Positions 11,651 through 24,315 are shown, counted from the first letter of the stretch. The stretch is 64,000 bases of DNA from Octopus sinensis (GCF_006345805.1 NC_043001.1:3286001-3350000); one strand, 5' to 3'. The notes: a model not told the origin generated them from the letters alone. Program-made: numbers and translations.

Positions 11651-14600
11651 GACTATTATTGTTGAAATTAAAATATTTTCGTTGTTGTTGTTTTTGTTGT
11701 TGTGCTGCTCTGTTCCATGAGATTGCATCTTTTAAGTTAAAACCTCATTATTAGCTGACAATATGTTCAAAACAATGTACCTGCAGAGTTGTGTGAAAAC
11801 ATCTGAAGATATAAATGCCAATTACAGCGCCCAATATCGACAGGCAACATTTAGCTCTCCAAGATTTTTTCTTTTCTGTTTCTTTTGATACTTTTATTTA
11901 TTTATTTATTATCCATTCATCATTCTTGCTGTCAAATCAACAATGGAATACGGAAAGCCACTGTAATAATAATAATAATGGTAATAATAATAATGATGAT
12001 AATAATGATAATAATAATAATAATAGTAATAACAACATTACTAACAACAATAACAATCTCATTTTTACATATAATAGCGGTGGTGGCATTGATGGTGGTG
12101 GAGGTGGCAGTTGTAATGATGATGGTGATTATGATGATGATGATGATGATGAAAAATAATAAAGAAATGTATAAAAAAATTCAAAGAATATGCTGAATAA
12201 ATAGATAAATAAATAAATAAAAATTGAAAATAATATGAAATTTGTGAAAACAAAACAAGAATAAAATATGTTATGTTGAGAACATTTAAGATGCAGGCAA
12301 TTCATGTAAAAATAAAAAAATAAAAATTAATCAAAAACATTCAAAACTTTTGGTTCAGAATTCCTCAGAAAATTTTCAAAGAAAAATTCGTATTTTAATT
12401 GAAAAGTTCAATAAATCTATTTCATTATAAGACAAATCAATTAAATACAATGGTAGAAGCCAAAGAGTAAGAAGAAGCTAGCAAGGAGGTTTGTCTTGGT
12501 GCTGCTTTTGAATAGTTGAGGAATATATTTCCATATTTCACTTCAATTTCGCAGCAAATGCCTCAAGGAAATCTGAGAAGATATGGCAGGGTTTTTGTGT
12601 GAAGTTTTATATTTTAATGATGGAAGGCGGGGCTCGTGGACTTAGTATGCTCTCCCAGGTAAGTGAACTGAATTGCTGTTGAATTGATCAAATGTTCTGT
12701 AGATTAATGCCTCTTGGGGAAATATGGTGTAGAATAAATGAGTTCCAGAGAATCGCAGTTCATGATAAAGCGCTTGGGGATTCAAATAAAGTAAGAATAA
12801 TGTAAATATGGAAGGTTACCGTTCTTTAACTTTAATTTAAATCTGAAATTACAAATATCTATGATATTCTTTCTAATAATAGCACGAGGCCTGTAATTTG
12901 GGGTGGGAGCAAGTTGACCCCAGTGCTGAACTGGTGTCTATTTTATTGACTTTGAAAGGATAAAAAGGCAAAGCCAACATTGGTGGGATTTGAACTCAGA
13001 ACGTAAAGAGCTAGAACAAATGCCATGCACACATTATTGATGAAAATTGTGACCACCCCATAATTATTTTTTCGTTTCGCAAAGAGCGTAACTTGGATTG
13101 GATTTTGCAATGTGTGTCTTGGTTTTGGAAGTTCTTAAACAGTACCCCATAAAAGGTCTGTACATGTGCCACAGTCTTTTAAAAATACAATTTAATGACA
13201 GCATCCAAAGACATTGGAACTTGCTGCTGAAGAGTAGGATTTCAACCTTTTTGCTGCCATGATATTACTGAAATTCACTGCCTTTATTTCAATTAATTTT
13301 TTAAAATAATGAAGGCTTCTGTCAAATAGCAGTTATTATTAAGTTTGTGTTTGGAGCATAAATTAGGATAGAATTTTGATGGCTTTTACCATTTTGCTAC
13401 CATCTTTCTATTGAGATGTGTTGCCTTTATTTCAAATAGTTTTTTTTTCAATGAGACAGAATTTAGTAAAATAACTTTGTCGTTACTTAGCTGTTGTTTA
13501 GGACTTTGATTAACATAAAGGTTTTGATGGAAGGTTTTAATCTTGATGCCTTCAAAACAAAGGTCATATCATAAACCCGATGTTGGTCTTGGATGAATTG
13601 GAATCAAAGAATTAAGGAAGATTGGTCTGTTGTTGTTCTCCTTCTGGTAGAACAGATCTTGGATCTAAAATATTCAACTTATGACCATCCCATTATTGTT
13701 GCTTCATGCATAGCATAACAAGATCTACATGATACGTGGCTATAACAAGGATTTGATTGTTATTTTTAGCAGCTCCAGTGACCATGCAAAGGTTTTCCCA
13801 TTGGCTTCAGGAAGTGGAATGCATCAGGTGTACTTAGGTGCGGCTAGTAGACAGTAGGGCCTTATATAAAACTCAGGTGAAATACCAGTGGACTAGAGGC
13901 AGTAGAAACCAGTAGCCTAGCAAAGCTCCTCAGAGCTTGGAAGCACTGGGGTGCCATACCATTATTCATAAGAAGCAGCAGGAAATTTGACATCTTTGTA
14001 ATGAGTGAACCATAACTCTTATTTTGTTTTAAAGCTTGGCACTTATTCAATTGGCCTCTTTTACCAAACCGTTTAATGATAGGGGCATAAACACACCAAC
14101 ACCACACACACACACATCATCATCATTATCATCCGTTAACATCCATTTAGGCTTCTTCCAGTTTCCCTCTGCCTAATCCATTCACAAGGCTTTGCTTAGC
14201 CTATGGCTATAGTAGAAAGCACTTGCCTAAGGTGTCACTGCATGAATACTTCTCCCTCAAAAGTTGAATAAATTGTGGTTTTCTGGTTCTTTGTTGTACC
14301 AAAATTAGAATATCTGTGAATATATGTTTTTGCAGGTTTTAATCTTAGATTTGTGACCACCAGTATTCTAGTGTGGATAATGTTTATGTCTTGTAGACAA
14401 TGAGACTAATAGTTCAGATTTGATGGAATTTCTGGCACTGAAGAGAAGGCTTCACTACTTTGATGAAAGATTAACAATGTTACAGAGATATGGATCTCGT
14501 AAGGAAGAACCAGATATTCTGTTCTGCAGTTCCTGATTTGCCATAGTTTATGCAGAAAATCTACAATAGCATTGGCTTCATCAGTCTGAAGGATGCCTAC

Positions 14601-15253
14601 AAGAGCCATGAGCAGCACCTCTTAACCCAGGCCCAGCCAAAGTAAATACAAAATTATAAATGGATAAAGTGCTCAGTTCAGAAGTGCTACTATTTCTAGC
14701 AAGTTGTTGGACCCCATGGAGAGTCCCTTATTCGTACCAGCCATTCATTTTTGTACACAGAAGTCATCCATTCTCAGCAATCATTACATTTTTGCTAGAA
14801 TTGTGAGGCATTCTTGAGTAGAATAAGTTTTTGTTTATTTTTTTGTAACAATATTTCTGTGATGTGTGTTGCTTATGGATGATTGCTGTGTACAACAGTG
14901 AAGAATGGCCTGCTAGAAATAGCAAGTGTTTCTGGACTGAGAAGTTTCTTTATATATTTTATTTCATAGATGTGAAGGAAGAAGTAATGCTCATGACCTT
15001 TATATGTAAACTTAACCAAGGCTAAAGTTATAATAAATAGATTAGAAGACAGGGCTCTGATGCTATCAGGGAAATGGCCATGCTCAATATGAGGGGAAAA
15101 GGTGTGGGTAAGAACCCCACTCGGATTGTTCAGTGTTAATAATCCTTTCCTTTTATAGTCACAAGGCCTGAAATTTTGGGTGCCCTCTGATGAGGTCAAA
15201 CTTACTGTTAGGGATATTTTCTGAGATAAAATGAGACTCATTCAATCCCTTAA

Positions 15254-15534
15254 CCCTTTGTACATCAAACTGCTTAAGTCAGCCCTGATTCTATGATACA
15301 AACTGACTGTTTTAACACTTTTGATACCAACCTGGCTGAAACCTCATCTGGCTAGCACAAATGGCTAGTTTTCAAAAGTTCTGAATTAAATTCTTCCACC
15401 AATCCTTAGTCCCAATTTATGTTCCTAACACTAGCTTAATGATTATCAAGTTATCTTACTAAATTCCTTGTTATATTTAAAATTAATTGAAAGAAGCATA
15501 GAGCATCTCAACAGAAAATATGGTAATGAAAGGG
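15254..15534. mobile_element. piggyBac-type MITE
   Basis: TTAA (15250-15253) then CCCTT at the left end; AAGGG then TTAA (15535-15538) at the right end; non-coding interior. A second 5'-end-like ttaacacttttgatacc lies at about 15313. Confidence 0.75.
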
Positions 15535-16244
15535 TTAAAGTGATCTTAGTGAAAGCCTTCCATCAAAAACTCATTTTAATTTATGTTCCACTGAATGGCA
15601 GTGAACTGACAGAGTCATTAGCTCATGGGGCTAAATGCTTTTCGGCATTTCAGCAATCTTTGTGTTCTGAGTTCAAATTCCACCAAGGTTGACTTTGCCT
15701 TTCATGCTTTCAGTATATGGTTCAAGATAAGTACCAGTTGCGTACTGTGATTGGTTATAATAATAGTCCCTGGCTTGAAAGTGCTAACCTTGTGCCAAAC
15801 TCTGGAACAAAATAATGTTTCAAAGAGTAGCTTAATAATTTCAAATTTATTTTACTGCATCTTCCACCAATACTAAAAATGATTTACAGCAAAGACAGCG
15901 TATTTCAGTGAAATTAGGATAACAAAAGAGCAAAAAGAAAATGAATGAACTCATAAACCCCTAGAAATATTTGTATTGCTTCAAGGTTGATTGGCTCCAA
16001 GAGGTTCTCTTGTTATCTACATTCTTCAGTCTCTTTCAGCAGTAATCCTTACATAAACGTCCCTTAGCCCTCCACTCAGCCACCTTGCTGATCCACAAGC
16101 AAAGCTGAATGGTTAGGAAGCTTACTTTCCAAAGATTAAGCCTCAAAGCTCAGTCCCACTGCATGGCACCTTGGGCAAGTGTCTTCCTTCAGGGTTGAGG
16201 GCCACAAAGACCTTTGAATGGATTTGGTAGATGGCAATTGAAAA

Positions 16245-16880
16245 ATGGCGACAATGAATGCGAATGACAATGATGATGATGATGATGATGATGACGACTA
16301 CGACGACGATGACGATGATGATAGTGATGACGACAACCATGATGATGATGAAGACAATATTGATAATGATCATGAGCTTGATGAGAATGATAACGATGAT
16401 AACACCAACACTGATGATGACGATGATGGTGATGATGATGATGTTGACAATGACAATGATGAAAACAACGCGAAAATGACAAAGATGGCAATAACGTTAG
16501 TGACGATGACGATGACGATGATGATGATGATGATGTGATGATGATGATGTTGACAATGACAATGATGAAAACAACGCGAAAATGACAAAGATGGCAATAA
16601 CGTTAGTGACGATGACGATGACGATGATGATGATGATGATGATTGATGATGATGATGATGATGATGATGGTGATGATGGTGACGATGATGAAGATGGTGA
16701 TGATGATTACGATGGTAATGATGATGTTGATGATGATGATGGTTATGATTATGCTGATGCTGATGCTGCTGCTGCTGCTGATGATGATGATGATGACGAT
16801 GCCGATGACGATGACGATGACGACGACGACGATGATGATGATGATGATGATGACGACGACGACGATGATGATGACGACAG
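16245..16880. repeat. (GAT)n/(GAC)n compound microsatellite with an internal duplication of about 107 bp
   Basis: Seen directly; it gives the poly-D, poly-H and poly-M ORFs. Confidence 0.95.
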
Positions 16881-17919
16881 CACGACAATATTTCTAAACT
16901 TCTGTTGGGGTTAACCTCAGACGTTTCTCTTCTTTCATAGTTCCTTTGTCCTCATTACAGTGTCTAATTAATTACAGTGTAACAGACTCTGAGAAAAATA
17001 TCGAACATTTTCAGCTGTTTCCAAGAAAGACGTGGAGAAAAATTTATATTTTTAAAATGCGATTGGCTATCATATTGTTGTTGATTAAGATTGATGTTAA
17101 TGTAATTCGTTAAACCATTTCTTCTCATTTACTATTTCTATTTGTCAATGTTTTGAATGGAATGATCGATTGGTTTTTGTTTTTCTTTTGCTTCTGAAGA
17201 AGAAAAATGTAAACTTGATTGATGTCTTATTAGTATTCGAGAAGTCTTGGTCAACTCGTTTGTGGATGACTTCTAACATGGCAATTACCAATCAAAGACT
17301 TGTTTAATGATATTTTTTCCATGTCATATGATACAGGCTTTATTTTTATAATTTTTGCTCTACGTACATTATCTGGAAATTTAAGACTTCAAATATTTGA
17401 TTCTATCATTTAGAAGACTGTTAGTAAATTGACCAATTACGGTGGAATCTCCTGCAGGGTTGCATTATATTTTGAATTTATTGTTGAAATGAGAGAAAGT
17501 CTTGTTAGTAGCAATACTTACGCAATGGTTTTTAATTGTGTCTGTAACTACCAAGTTGTGTATCATGACCGGAGATTTGAGCAGCAGGAATACAAGCTTT
17601 GTGCTTTAACAAATTACAATTTGGGGCCGGGGTACAGCAATGCTTGTGTGGCCTTGGAGGTTGCTTTGCAATTATGTGATTTGGGGTTCAATCTCACCAA
17701 ATGGCATTTTAGGCCATTCATTGTTTCTTACTATTGTTTTGGTTGAAGAATATCTTCTAAATGGTACTTGGTAGATGGAAACTGCCAAAAAATGTTCTCT
17801 CTTTCTCTTTCTCTCTTCCACTGTAATCATCATCATCATCATCATCCTCCTCCTCCTCATCATCATCATCGTCGTCGACGTCGTCGTCATCATCATCATC
17901 ATCATTGTTTAATGCCTGC

Positions 17920-18045
17920 CTCACATCCTTTCGGGGTCGATAAATTAAGTACCAGTTATGCACTGGGGTCGATATAATCGACTTAATCCATTTGTCTGTC
18001 CTTTTTTGTCCCCTCTGTGTTTAGCCCCCTGTGGGCAATAAAGAA
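17920..18045 (+). mobile_element. Meta-like SINE, 3' part
   Basis: catcctttcggggtcgataaattaagtaccag..gggcaataaagaa. Confidence 0.85.
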
Positions 18046-18149
18046 AAAAATATATATATATATATATCAGAGAAAGGTTGACAAGGGAAATAGTTTTTGT
18101 GTGTAGAAGGTACACAGGAACAATTAACACTAAAAATTAACACTAAAAA

Positions 18150-19040
18150 TGTACAGAAAATAGACTCCATCAAATGCCAGTGGGGAAAACTAGAAGCAGT
18201 TGATAGTTTCGGTTACCTAGGTAACCAAATCAGTGGTTGGGGAGGATGCCCTGAGGGCAGAGTTGCTAGAATAAGAATAGACTGGCCACAGTTCAGAGAC
18301 CTCTTAATTCTGTTGGTAACAAAGGGCCTCTGCCCCAGAATGCAAGGCAGACTGAATGATGCTTGGGGGTACAAACAGCCATGCTACATGATAATGGAAC
18401 ATGGGGTGTGACTGCCAAGGATAAGCAAAGGCTTCAAAGAAATTAAGCTGATATGCTTCACTGGATGTGCAATGGATGACAGAGTGTAAGCATCTTGAGA
18501 GAATAATTTGGCATAAGAGGCCAAATATGTGGTGCAGAAGAGAGATGGCAGCACTAGTTTGGTCATGTGGTGTATAGGGACGAGAACAGCTGTTTGAAGA
18601 AGTGCCGCACTCTAAAGGTGGATGGAACCTGTAGAAGAGGTAGACCTAGGAAGACATGGAATGAGGTGCTGAAGCATGATCTTTGAACGTTGGACCTGAT
18701 GGAGGCAATGAGAAGTGAGCAAGACCTTTGGCGATATGCTATGCTTGAGAGGACCCCCTCAAGCTGAGTAAAATCACAGTTGTGACTGATGCCAGAGTTG
18801 CGTAATTGGTACCTGGGCTGATGGAATGTAAAAAGCATCATTTAAATGTTGGGCCGCATGGAGGCAGTCACTCTTGGAATTGTTGGCGTTAGGAAGGGCA
18901 TCCAGCTGTAGAAACCATACCAAATCTGATTAGAACTTGGTGCAGCTCCCAATCTTACAAGTTTTCAGTCAAACCATCTAACCTATGCCAGTGTGGAAAA
19001 TGGATGTTAAATGAAAATGGTGGTGATGATGATGATGATG
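18150..19040 (+). mobile_element. 5'-truncated RTE LINE (ORF C-terminus, 3' UTR and (GAT)n tail)
   Basis: LEAVDSFGYLG..VARIRI..FRDLL..LVTKGL; tttggtcatgtg (FGHV); GRPRKTWNEV..HDL; 3' UTR motif gttggcgttaggaagggcatccagctgtagaaac; tail gatgttaaa..(gat)n. Confidence 0.9.
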
Positions 19041-19045
19041 ATATC

Positions 19046-19068
<23 letters not shown>

Positions 19069-19076
<8 letters not shown>

Positions 19077-19412
19077 ATTGGTGAATTGAAGAAATGGAGC
19101 TGAACGCAGATTGAACAGAAATCGTTTTATTTCATTCTACACGTGTTTCGAAAGGCACAAATTACCAAAATTTGTGCCTTTCGAAACACGTGTAGAATGA
19201 AATAAAACGATTTCTGTTCAATCTGCGTTCAGCTCCATTTCTTCAATTCACCAATAATGTTTTAATTTCAATTATCCGCACCAACGCACGGTTGCAACGC
19301 CAGATGGTTGTACCTCCAACCGTGCTGTTTACTGCTGTGATTTTTGCTACTAAGGTATCGGTTAAACTTTTGATTAATCTACTACAAGATTATTCATCTT
19401 TCTATTTCACAT
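19069..19412 (+). mobile_element. Penelope-like pLTR remnant with a perfect 95-bp inverted repeat, between (TA)n tracts
   Basis: Arms 19069-19163 and 19169-19263 are exact reverse complements; they contain the 3' half of a hammerhead, GAAAC-ACGT-GTA. Confidence 0.6.
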
Positions 19413-19617
19413 AATATATATATATACATATATATTCATATATATCACATGGTTCTCAGTTCCCTCCCACTGTGTGGAAATTTGAGTAAGTGTTATCTAC
19501 TTAGTCCCTTGTGAGTGAGTCTAACTCTTCAAGAATTGTCAAGATAAAACATTAGAGTTAATGACTGTCAAACTGGGAGGCAGAAGAAAATCGGACATTT
19601 CATTCTTAATGACCAGA

Positions 19618-19619
19618 TA

Positions 19620-19670
<51 letters not shown>

Positions 19671-19717
19671 ATATCTATCTATCTACTATCTATCTATCTT
19701 CTATCTCTATCTATCTA

Positions 19718-19756
<39 letters not shown>

Positions 19757-19775
19757 TATATATATCAGATATATA
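19618..19775. repeat. (CTAT)n/(TA)n microsatellite
   Basis: Seen directly. Confidence 0.97.
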
Positions 19776-20282
19776 TACATCGGAAGTAAAAAGCAAAAGA
19801 GTCAAAAGGAAGAGTAAGTATGGTTAGGCAACTTTTTAATCACTACAAATGTTTCGATGCATGCACATCCTTGTACATATAGGATTTAAAGTTAAATTCA
19901 AATGAAATTATGTCACAACTTACATGTATAAGAAGATCTGTATGTATCTTCTGTATCCGTAAGTAAATCTAGATTTCCATGCTACAACATCCATGGCTTC
20001 TTCTTTGAAACCAACAAACACTGACAGTTTCAATTCCCTTTGTATGAGTCTGTTATCATGTTTGACATGAGCTGCAATGTCCTCGTTGTCTGTTTATTCG
20101 GTTTCAACATATTATTCTGCACATCTTTTTACTTTTTCCTTTTTATTTTCACACACAAGGAATACCTAAGACTAGAATTGGTAGCACACCATAAGAATAC
20201 TACCGGCTATTTTGGAATTCTAAGGGTGAATGAGCTCTATTTGTACTCTGATACATTCTTAACAGAACACACCTCAAATATA

Positions 20283-20317
<35 letters not shown>

Positions 20318-20321
<4 letters not shown>

Positions 20322-20602
20322 GCTATCACAATATTGGCCAACCTATCGGATGTTGTTATACATCACTAGTTACAATGTGCTTTGCATTGTTTTACCTTTC
20401 AAATGATGCTACCCTGCTGGAAAGGTGAGCTGACCAACATTCCCCCTGATCAAAAGGTTATTCCGTCACAGGGTTACCTGTTGCAGGTGAGTGAACTGGA
20501 ACATTGTGAAAAGAAATATTTTGCTCAGGAACATTTAATGGATCTGGGAATTGAACACATGACCTAGCGATTGTGAGTGCAATGTCATAACCATTAGACC
20601 AC
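20318..20602 (-). mobile_element. Old tRNA-derived SINE of a third family (related pieces at 10447-10563 and 28590-28790)
   Basis: Minus-strand head gtggtctaatggttatgacattgcactcacaatc..gttcaattccc; cctgagcaaaa CORE/V-like motif; shared body ttcaaatga(c/t)gc(c/t)accc. Confidence 0.7.
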
Positions 20603-21240
20603 ACACACAGACATACACACCACACACACACACGTTTGTATGTATATCAAAGTGGAGTATAACCTGATACATTGAAACAGAAATTCCTTGTGGAAATTAT
20701 GTCCAAGTGGATATTGTTTCGTTAAAGCAGTGTTTATTTTGTATTCCAAATATTATGAGAATGACAAAATCGGCAGCAGATAAATGGTAAGTGTCAACAG
20801 AAGCAGTAAAAGCCCCAGAAGGCTGTAAAGCAGCATGGCCACACTGTAATGGCAGAAACCAATAAAGGACTTCTCGAAGAAGAAATATCATTTTCTGTAG
20901 AATATAAGATGGTATGGAGTATAAAGTTTATATTAAGTTCAGAATGTAATTTTTGAGAAATAAATGCTGTTGTTGAGAAGTTAATATTGATTATTTAGTA
21001 GATACCAAAGAACTTGCCTAAGGGTTAATAGCTTGTTTTCTGATAACTTCATATTTCTGTGTTTCCATCTCCAAGATACTTAACTTTTAACTCCAACTTA
21101 AATAAATGTGATGTCCTGTACTTAATTCAACTTGCCAAGCAGAGTTTGGTTCTTTCTGTAGACATTTGAAGGAAATACAAGTTTGGTTCTTACTGGAATC
21201 AAAACATTCCTGCTGAGAACATTTTGTCTTATGTAAGACT

Positions 21241-22375
21241 GGCACAGGTGTGGCTGTGTGGTAAGAAGCTTGCTCTGTAACCACATGCTTCTGGGTTCCG
21301 TCCCACTATATGGTATCTTCAGCAAGGGATTTCTTCTATAGTGTTGACCAAGCAAAGTCTTGTGAGTGGATTTGGTAGACAGAAACAGAAAGAAGCCTGT
21401 TGTATATCATCATCATCATCATCATCGTTTAACGTCTGCTTTCCATGCTAGCATGGGTTGGACGATTTGACAGAGGTCTGGTGAACCAGATGGCTGCACC
21501 ACACTCCAATCTGATCTGGCAGAGTTTCTACAACTGGATGCCCTTCCTAACGCCAACCACTCCGAGAGTGTAGTGGGATCTTTTACGTGCCACCGGCACG
21601 AGGGCCAGTTAGGTGGTAGTGGCAACAGCCACACTCAAATGGTGCTTTTTATGTGCCACCTGCACAGGAGCCAGTCCAGCAGCACTGGCAACGACCTTGC
21701 TCAAATGTTTTTACACGTGCCATCAGCACATGTGCTAGTAAGGTGACGCAAATAACGATCATGCTTGAACAATCTTTTTACATGCCATCGGCACGGAGGT
21801 CAGCTTGTTACTCTGGCAACGGTCTCACTCGTATGGTAATCTTAGCGCTCCACTAACACGGATGCCAGTTATTGTATTTGATTTCGATTTCGATTTCACT
21901 TGCCTCAACAGGTCTTTGCCAGCAGAGTTTAGTGTCCAATGAAGGAAAGGCATGCATAAGTGCACAGGTTGCACCTCAGGCATAGGCCACAAGGTTAAGT
22001 TCTCACTTGCACTGGCCGAGTCTTCTCAAGCACAGCATATTTCCAGAGGTCCCGGTCACTAGTCATTGACTTGGTGAGGCCCAAAGTTTGACGGTCATGC
22101 TTCACCACCTCATCCCAGGTCTTCCTGGTATATATATGTGTGTGTGTGTGTGTTTGTGCTAGTGATCCTCTTCATCATCACTTGATAGCAGGTGTAGGTA
22201 TGTTTACGTCCATGTGACTTAGCAGTTCAGCAAAAGAGTCAAACAGAATAAGTACCATGCTTACAAATATTCACTGGGATTGATTCATTTAACTGAAAAT
22301 TCCTCAAGGTGGTGCCCCAGCATGGCCGCAACCTAATGACTAAAACAAGTAAAATATAAAACATAAAATATATTC
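21241..22375 (+). mobile_element. Full-length CORE-like SINE split by an RTE insertion
   Basis: Head 21241-21405; the tail (gtttacgtcc..cagcaaaagag..gaataagtac..ccagcatggccgc..aaacaagtaaaa) resumes at about 22130. Confidence 0.85.
21407..22125 (-). mobile_element. 5'-truncated RTE LINE
   Basis: (cat)n-cgtttaacgtc tail, 3' UTR with internal gtgccac-type repeats, and the ORF end (ccaggaagacctgggatgaggtggtgaagcatgac = GRPRKTWDEVVKHD-like). Confidence 0.9.
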
Positions 22376-22675
22376 TGGAGTTTGAGGAAAATTTATTTTC
22401 TGTTTTTAATCGCCGAAGAAACTATATTTGAGATTTCCTTCCCACGGATATCACATGTATAATTTTTCTTAAATTAAAGCAAGATGTCAGTTTTCCCTAT
22501 TTCTCATTTTAAAGTGTAGGTGTTATATGAGGAATATTCGGCTGCTATTTCTAGCAAATTGCCTGACAGTATTGGACCTGTTTTGTTGGCTCATAGAGGA
22601 ATAAGTTTGGATATCAAGAATCATCATTCCCAGGTCTTTGAGAATTGAATGACATAGAATGTTGGGCACAATATG

Positions 22676-22878
22676 TTTCTTTACTACCCACAAGGGGCTA
22701 AACACAGAGGGGACAAACAAGGACAGACAAATGGATTAAGTCGATTACATCGATCCCAGTGCGTAACTGGTACTTAATTTATCGACCCCGAAAGGATGAA
22801 AGGCAAAGTCGACCTCGGCGGAATTTGAACTCAGAATGTAGTGGCAGACGAAATACAGCTAAGCATTTCGCCCGGCAT
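22676..22878 (-). mobile_element. Meta-like SINE, young copy
   Basis: Close to the family consensus seen at 63352-63584. Confidence 0.9.
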
Positions 22879-22879
22879 C

Positions 22880-23035
22880 CTAACGTTTGGAGCCAGAGGT
22901 TCTGTGGACAAATCTGCTTATGATTTAATAAAACGACTTTCAATGACTGGGAAGAACAGGACCAAAATCCTAGGAGGTAATATCAGAGAGAGCAGAGAGG
23001 TGTTCCAGTGGGATCCGGTCAAGGAGGAACAAAAA
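22880..23035 (+). mobile_element. 3'-terminal fragment of a HERO-type RLE retrotransposon
   Basis: FGARGSVDKSAYDLIKRLSMTGKNRTK, then after a frameshift EVISERAERCSSGIRSRRN. This matches the HERO C-terminal pattern EVGxRG..AEAAExSSxWIWxRR. Confidence 0.6.
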
Positions 23036-24315
23036 CGACTTTCATACTGTTTGAAGGCAATTTTTGCATTGTAAGGGAAGTAACTCTGAGTGAGTCATTA
23101 TGATAGCACCAACATTTTATGGCTACCATGGCAACAAATGTTATTTCTTCTTTAAGCATAAACTTGAAAGCTGAGTCAACAGAGAGGAGGTCTAACGAGA
23201 TGGCATCTCCAAGCGCTTTTAATGTACAAGTCTCTGATATTCAAGTGGTTAAAAATGTCAGCAGAAGGGTACCCAGAGGTTATGACCTGGATGTGGCCCA
23301 GCGCTCTTGGAGGGTAAGAAGTCAAAGGCTAAAACATTTGCTCGAGAAGTTGTTCTTCTCTGAAGACCTTCTTTGGTTCAGCCCTCTTGACAGTTTCTTA
23401 CCTCTCTCTCTCTTTTCCTTTTTCTACATGCCATGCTTGATGGTTTTAACAATTGTTGACCTCTATGTGCAAAATCTGAAAATCCATGATTTTTCTTCTG
23501 TTAAATACATCAATGGTTTCCTCTTGCCATCTGCAGTGGTTTATTCATGTTTAACCCTCAGACAGGGGGACATATCTCACTCACCCCAGACATTCTTGCA
23601 GCCTCTACCCACCCAATCTACCTTTTCTTTTGTCCCCACTCACTTCCTCTCACCTCCTACTATGAGGGACCATTGAGACCCCCACATCACTTCTATTTCT
23701 ATCACTTCCCAGCTCCAATCTCATCGTCCCCACCCTCTCTTGTAAAATGTGAGTTGTTATGAAGGTTTCCCACAGAAAGAAACTTATTCTATTCTGACCC
23801 CTTCTCTCACAGCTTAACCCCACTTCTCCTAGCACAAGATGACTTTCTCAGGGTTTGAACTCTTCCAAGCTGCATAGTAATCTCACCAGAGCTGGTGGCC
23901 TGAAATAAAACCCCCATGTACATACTGCAAAGGGGTTGGTGTTAGAAAGGACACCCAGCTGTGGAAATAGGTCAAAACAGACATTAGAGCAGAACGCGCA
24001 CTTTGGGACCATTGGATCCTGTCACACAGATCAAACGTACACACACACATATATATATGTGAAGAATAAAAAGTTTTGAATGGTACCACAATGCACCGTA
24101 ATACAGACAATGGGCTATACACCTGTTGTTATTTAGTCATCCCCAGTCTGATGATATTTTGGAATAAAATTCCTTCTTCGGATATTCTTAGATGGAGTTG
24201 CTGCGACTCCATTGATGAGTTTTATGGGAATTCTTTCCATGAATTCACCACACATCATATACATATACATACTTATACATATACATACATATACATACAT
24301 ATATATATATATATA

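Noticed and set aside
14390-14620. Apparent exon (DNETNSSDLMEFLALKRR..) or DIRS-like ISLKDAY motif
   Set aside because: Short, no recognisable homology, weak donor, and the two readings conflict.
15183-15212. CTGATGAG near aaac (possible hammerhead); similar hits near 4895, 52850 and 61610
   Set aside because: No GAAA with a closing stem II and matching stem I; chance matches.
16189-16914. Long poly-Asp, poly-His and poly-Met ORFs
   Set aside because: Open in several frames on both strands only because (GAT)n-type repeats lack stops; no splice or domain evidence.
23119-23676. 185-aa ORF
   Set aside because: No recognisable domain; low-complexity 3' half; lies among LINE debris.
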